Origin: Podarcis muralis
Taxonomy: Eukaryota
Direction of reading: 5' to 3'
NCBI RefSeq assembly: GCF_964188315.1
Contig: NC_135661.1
Span: forward strand, 91,822,001-91,886,000
DNA length: 64,000 nt
Below, in pieces: positions 60,424 through 64,000 of the stretch. The position numbers and the translations under genes were made by a program. Below the pieces are notes generated by a model. The model ran no database searches, was not told the origin of the DNA, and saw nothing but the letters and a program-made list of their open reading frames with translations. The first letter of the stretch is position 1. Each line of letters opens with the position of its first letter.

Positions 60424-60739
60424 AGCTGAGTAAGATTGTCTTCCATAAACACGGTTTTATCAATGAGTCCTTAAGTGACTGTGGAGGCCAGTTCTGCATC
60501 CCCACGTCCTTCCACAGTGGGGACATTGGTTTCTGGGTGAGAGTTGATCATGGTGTGATTTGCCAAGCATGCCTTCCTCTTAGCACATCTCTCCCTTGTG
60601 TCCTAAGTTCAAGTGTCTTCAAAGTCTGTGACACCTTTGGTCAAGGCTGTTCTCCAACTGGAGTGCTTGCAGGCCAGTGTTTCCCAGTTGTCAGTGTTTA
60701 TACTACATTTTTAAAGATTTACCTTGAGACAGTCTTTAA

Positions 60740-60794
<55 letters not shown>

Positions 60795-61235
60795 TATCTA
60801 TATCCCGCCCTCTCCAGCCGAAGCCGGGCTCAGAGCGGCTAACAACAATAAAAGTAACACAACCTCTTTTGTTGACCACCAGCATTACGCTTTCCATTTT
60901 TAAGTTCGGAATAGAGGAGTTGCTTTGGAAGACGATCATCAGGCATTCGCACCACATGACCAGTCCAACAAACTTGATGCTGAAGAATCATTGCTTTGAC
61001 ACTGGTGATCTTTGCTTCTTCCAGTATACTGGTATTAGTTCACCTGTCTTGCCAAGTGATGTGTAGAATTTTTTGGAGACCCTGTTGATGGAATCTTTTG
61101 AGGAGTTGGAGATGGCGTTTATAAGTGGTCCATGTTTCACAAGCATACAGTAAAATTGGTAGTACAATAGCTTTGTAAACAAGCATTTTGGTTTCCCTGC
61201 AAATGTCCTCTATCACTCTGCACTTCAATTGGGAG
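60424..61235 (-). mobile_element. RTE-clade LINE fragment interrupted by a short LINE 3' end with (ATT)n (about 60740-60866)
   Basis: Minus-strand peptide KMLVYKAIVLPILLYACETWT...ILHITWQDR; aligns with the 26740 copy. Confidence 0.8.
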
Positions 61236-63419
61236 AAAGCTGCACTCGCAGAGCTCAGGTGATGCTGTATTTCAGAGAGGAGAGTACCCCCACGACACAG
61301 GTGCCAGGGGGCCAAGGACCCCTCACTCAGTGCTACTCTCTGGCTACGACCCTGGGGAGACAGACAGAAGTGCTGCCATATGGCCCCTCTACTGAGCTGG
61401 TCGCCCTCTCCCTGCCCCTTTCGCAACACAGGTCCTCCATCAGGGTGACTGAAGCTGTTTCAGTACGGACCCATGGTTGTGGGTCCAGATGCCCTGGTCT
61501 CAAATGCAAACAGTCTGCGGGGGTGTGGAGGCTGTGTGAATTTGTGGCTATTTGAGGTTGCTGCTTCCCGCAGCCGTCCGGGTGATTCTTTCCCAGGGAA
61601 ATTTTGGAAGGAGAGGAGAGCAGGCAGCCCTTGCTCTAGTTTGGGGACTTATCCTGAGCCAGACAGCTGCTCCATGCAACTCAGTATTGGCTACTCTGAC
61701 TGGCAGCTGTTCCCTGAGATTTCAGGCAGGGAAGGTTACCAGCCTTACTCCACGGCTGAGCTACGACCCTTGCTGGGTGGGGTGGACTGGATGACCCTTT
61801 GAGTCACTTCCAACACCACCATTCTAAGATTCCCAGCGCATGCCTGTGCACCCTAGGAGACTGGGCTGGGTTTGGGCGGCTGCACGCTCAGCCCCTCGGG
61901 GTTCAGCTAAGCCTTCCCTCTCAGCTTGTGGGGAAGCAGTCTTCCTTCTGGCTTGGCAGGCCTCCTGGGCCAGGGGGGGGGGGGGCAGAGAGTGGGACTG
62001 GCTGCCCAGAGATCTCTCCTCCTGCACGTTGCAGTGCCTGTGCCAACCCACAAATAAAGGGGTTGGGAAATGCCAGGATGGTCTCAGGCAGGCCAGGCCC
62101 ATGTCCCCATATGGAGGCCTTGCAGAAGAGGCCTATCTTGGGGGGTGGGGTTGCATGTGGAGCAGGGAGCGCAGCCTCCTTGGGGGTCACAGGAGTGGGG
62201 ACTTCCCTGGCGGAGTCTGGCTTGGCTCACCTTTTCTTTTTTGATAAACTTTTTAAAAAATCATTTTATGATGTGGATAAAAACAGAGAGAGCAGATGAA
62301 AATTAAAAGATGGAAAGTGAAGCTCTTTTCCACAGCATCATTAGAAAGAGCCTTGGTCCATTTAGCCCACTGTTATCTACACTGGCTGGCAGCAACGTGC
62401 CAGGGTTTCAAACTCAGGTCCACCCTGGGGGTGGGGGGTGGAGCACCTTCTGCGTGGAAAGCAGCCCCCCCCCAGCTCTGTGACCCTTCCCCAAATCACT
62501 GCTGTTTTCTGCTCTGCTTTGCTTCATCTGGAGTTCTGTGGGAGAGGAGAGTTCCTCTCTGTCTTTCTAAGTCTGTGCTTTGGGGTTTTCTTGGAAACCA
62601 GGAGCTGCAGAGCTTTCCCCCTGCATACAGCACGGAAGGAGAGCTCCCCTCCCAGCCCCGGTCTCCTCCTTCCCCGGCCCCCCCAGCATTAAATTTAGCA
62701 TCCTGGCAGTGAGTTGATGGGACAGCAAAGGAGAAGGAGCTCCGTGTCTGTGCCCTTGTCTGACCTCAGCGCAGAGTTAACTGTGGAACTCCCTCCTGCA
62801 GGAGGCTGGGTGGCCACCAACCTGGATGGCTTTAAAAGAGGATGGGACAAATTCATGGAGGAGGAGGAGGAGCAGGAGCAGGAGAGGGCTATTGCCTAGC
62901 CAGGAAGGCCATGCTGCCCCTCCGCAGTGGGAGACAGCAATGCTTCTGAAGACCATGCGCTGGAAACCACAGAGGGGAGAGTTGCTTTTGGGCTCAGGTC
63001 CTGCCTGCTGATTTCCCATGATGGGCAGACGGTCAGGCTCTGTGAGAAGAAGATGCTGGGCTAGATGGGCTCCCTTGGGCCTGATCCAGCAGCCAGGCTT
63101 TTCCTCTGCACTTAGGGAGCCTGCAGCTCCAGAAGCAGCCTAGCTAGATTCCTGGGTTCTTGGGGGTATTTGGCTGTTGTGTGAACAAGATGCTGGGCTA
63201 GATGAGCCCCCTTGGGCCTGATCTTTCTTATGTTCCTTGTATGCAAAGCAGAGAGGAAAATGGCAGAAAAGCCTAAGGAAAGGCTGGCAGGCGGGACCCC
63301 CCCCCTTCCTCTTCTCCTTGTCCCTGGGCCAGACCAGTCAAGGGAGCCAGCAAGGGAGCCACATGAGAGAGAGACGACTAAGGCCTTCAGGTGACCAAGG
63401 CCTCTCCTAAGATGCGGCA

Positions 63420-63500
63420 ATTCATAGAATCATGGAAGTGCAGAGTTGGAAGGGACCCCAAGGGTCATCTAGTCCAGCCCCTTGCAATGCAGGAATCTCA
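63420..63500 (-). mobile_element. CR1 3' UTR tail (representative of many copies)
   Basis: catagaatcat...gagttggaagggacc...gtcatctagtcca.cccc.tgcaatgcaggaat. Also near 205, 5730, 6465, 17140, 22750, 36635, 43905, 49430 and 56440. Confidence 0.75.
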
Positions 63501-64000
63501 GCTCAAGCATCCTTGAGAGGCCTTTGCTTCTTGTGTGTTGTGTCTGTGCGTTGTGGCCAAGGTGAGGGAGGCTTCTCTTTTAGTCTTTTAGCTCTTCTTG
63601 CCAGTAAAGTCTGCTTTCCACACACATCCCAGGGCATCACAGTCCCCCACCTGCTCCCTGTGTGTGGTTGGGGCAGTGTGTGAGGGGGTGGGAAGACAAG
63701 GGCCCTACGGAGCTCTGACACCCGGAAGGCAATGGACGGGACAGGAAAGTTTGACCTCACCCACAAAGGTGCACTCCATTATCTCCCGAGACAGACAGAT
63801 GCCAACCAAACTTCTTCACATAATGCTTGGCTGACCTGCGGAACTGCCTGCAGCAAGAGCCACAGGAGGATTTTTTTTAAAAAAGGTGTTAGACAAAGCC
63901 ACATAGGAGGAGAGGTTCATCAGTGGCTTGTGGTCATGATGACCCTCGAATGCCAGCTGCAGTGAATGGATGGGGCTTTGGCACTCCTAGCTGGCCAGCT

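Overview
Vertebrate genomic DNA from a squamate reptile (Sauria SINE, BovB, CR1, L2 and squamate MITE content; a lacertid lizard is my inference). The gene order matches the human chr19q13 block. From left to right: the 5' part of SPTBN4 (beta-IV spectrin, minus strand, six coding exons; the gene continues off the left edge); complete BLVRB (plus strand, five coding exons, 210 aa), head-to-head with SPTBN4 across a shared CpG island; a divergent SERTAD3-like gene; SERTAD1; and a CpG island at about 58.5 kb with a probable non-coding first exon (PRX by synteny only, no coding sequence seen). Introns and intergenic DNA are dense with transposons. The most notable observations are: (1) a 994-bp hAT element with perfect TIRs and TSD in BLVRB intron 1 whose interior looks like a captured CpG-island promoter, with a splice donor in phase with BLVRB exon 2; (2) BLVRB intron 2 consisting almost entirely of a 3.4-kb G-quadruplex-type minisatellite; (3) a pure (CAG)11 polyQ tract in the SPTBN4 N-terminus; (4) a solo LTR directly upstream of the SERTAD1 promoter; (5) a multi-layer nested transposon cluster. 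Family names and comparisons to human proteins come from recall, not database searches.
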